From: Candidatus Hodarchaeota archaeon | GTDB lineage: Archaea; Asgardarchaeota; Heimdallarchaeia; Hodarchaeales; Hodarchaeaceae | Length of the DNA: 11,853 nt | Assembly (NCBI GenBank): GCA_029856365.1 | Contig: JAHQWW010000121.1 | Coordinates: forward strand, 1 to 11,853 | Direction: 5' to 3' | Part shown: one piece after another, positions 11,214-11,853 of the stretch | How the letters are laid out: every line of letters starts with the position of its first letter | Numbering within the stretch: the stretch's first letter is position 1 | The notes under the pieces: generated by a model | Seen by the model: only the letters and a program-made list of their open reading frames with translations | Told to the model about the DNA's origin: nothing | Database searches by the model: none | Position numbers and translations under genes: made by a program

Positions 11214-11852
11214 TCATTTCTTCGTTTTACTTTGTGCAATGTCTATAACACGATCTATTTTCTGAGTAAAACCCTCCCGTTCTGCATGAACGAACTCCCC
11301 GCAAATAATTATACCTTGTTTGAAGTCAAATGTAGCTTCATGGGGTGGACAACTAGTTTTTACTCTAACTTGCTTTTTTAACCATTCTAGCATCGTCACA
11401 GCATCACCAAGCTTGTTCTTACGACCGTATTGGGTAAAACAAGGAGCGAGAACCTCTATGAAACTAAAACCTGGATTATCAAATGCTTTTAGGATGCTTT
11501 TTCGTAATCGAAGCGTGTCGTATCCAGGCCACCTAGCAACATAACTGGCTCCTGCTGCGGCAGCTAGAGAAACTAAGTTAAACGGAGGTTCAATGTTTCC
11601 GTAAGGCGTTGTTGCTGTGAAGTCACCTATTTGAGTCGTTGGAGCTACCTGCCCACCTGTCATTCCATACACATTATTGTTTATACATAGAACAGTTACC
11701 TCCACATTTCTTCTACACGCATGAATGAAATGATTGCCTCCTATTGCAAAGAGATCTCCATCTCCTGAAAGTACAACAACTTCAAGATCGGGATTCGCTA
11801 ATTTTAATCCTGTAGCAAAAGGAATAGCCCTTCCATGTGTAGTATGGAAAGC
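11214..11852 (-). CDS. korB: 2-oxoacid:ferredoxin oxidoreductase beta subunit (2-oxoglutarate synthase KorB-like); 5'-truncated by the window edge
   Basis: Frame is open to the window edge: AFHTTHGRAIPFATGLKLANPDLEVVVLSGDGDLFAIGGNHFIHACRRNVEVTVLCINNNVYGMTGGQVAPTT. This includes the TPP motif GDGD...NN, plus TTPYGN.E.PF and GFSFIEVLAPC. The GTG at 11705 in the ORF track is internal. Substrate assignment is less certain than family. Confidence 0.88.
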   Translation of the reverse strand, partial: AFHTTHGRAIPFATGLKLANPDLEVVVLSGDGDLFAIGGNHFIHACRRNVEVTVLCINNNVYGMTGGQVAPTTQIGDFTATTPYGNIEPPFNLVSLAAAAGASYVARWPGYDTLRLRKSILKAFDNPGFSFIEVLAPCFTQYGRKNKLGDAVTMLEWLKKQVRVKTSCPPHEATFDFKQGIIICGEFVHAEREGFTQKIDRVIDIAQSKTKK

Positions 11853-11853
11853 A

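Overview
AT-rich prokaryotic window, probably archaeal (inferred from oligo-T tracts directly after most stop codons, an HdrA-MvhD fusion and an archaeal-type ferritin-like gene; an Asgard-like lineage is plausible but unproven). It carries the 3' end of an ATP-citrate lyase large subunit, an isocitrate dehydrogenase and a compact aconitase, which together form the citrate/2-oxoglutarate arm of a (reverse) TCA cycle. These are followed by a LacZ-type GH2 beta-galactosidase without a signal peptide and a small ferritin-like protein. At the right end, a 2-oxoacid:ferredoxin oxidoreductase beta subunit (KorB-like) runs almost directly into a flavin-bifurcating HdrA fused to MvhD, with no hdrBC or mvhAG downstream. 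The best candidate for an undescribed system is this Kor-HdrA/MvhD operon beside the ACL-IDH-aconitase cluster, i.e. possible bifurcation-driven reductive carboxylation. The icd-acn spacer also hides a decayed MASE3 membrane-sensor pseudogene that the ORF track misses.
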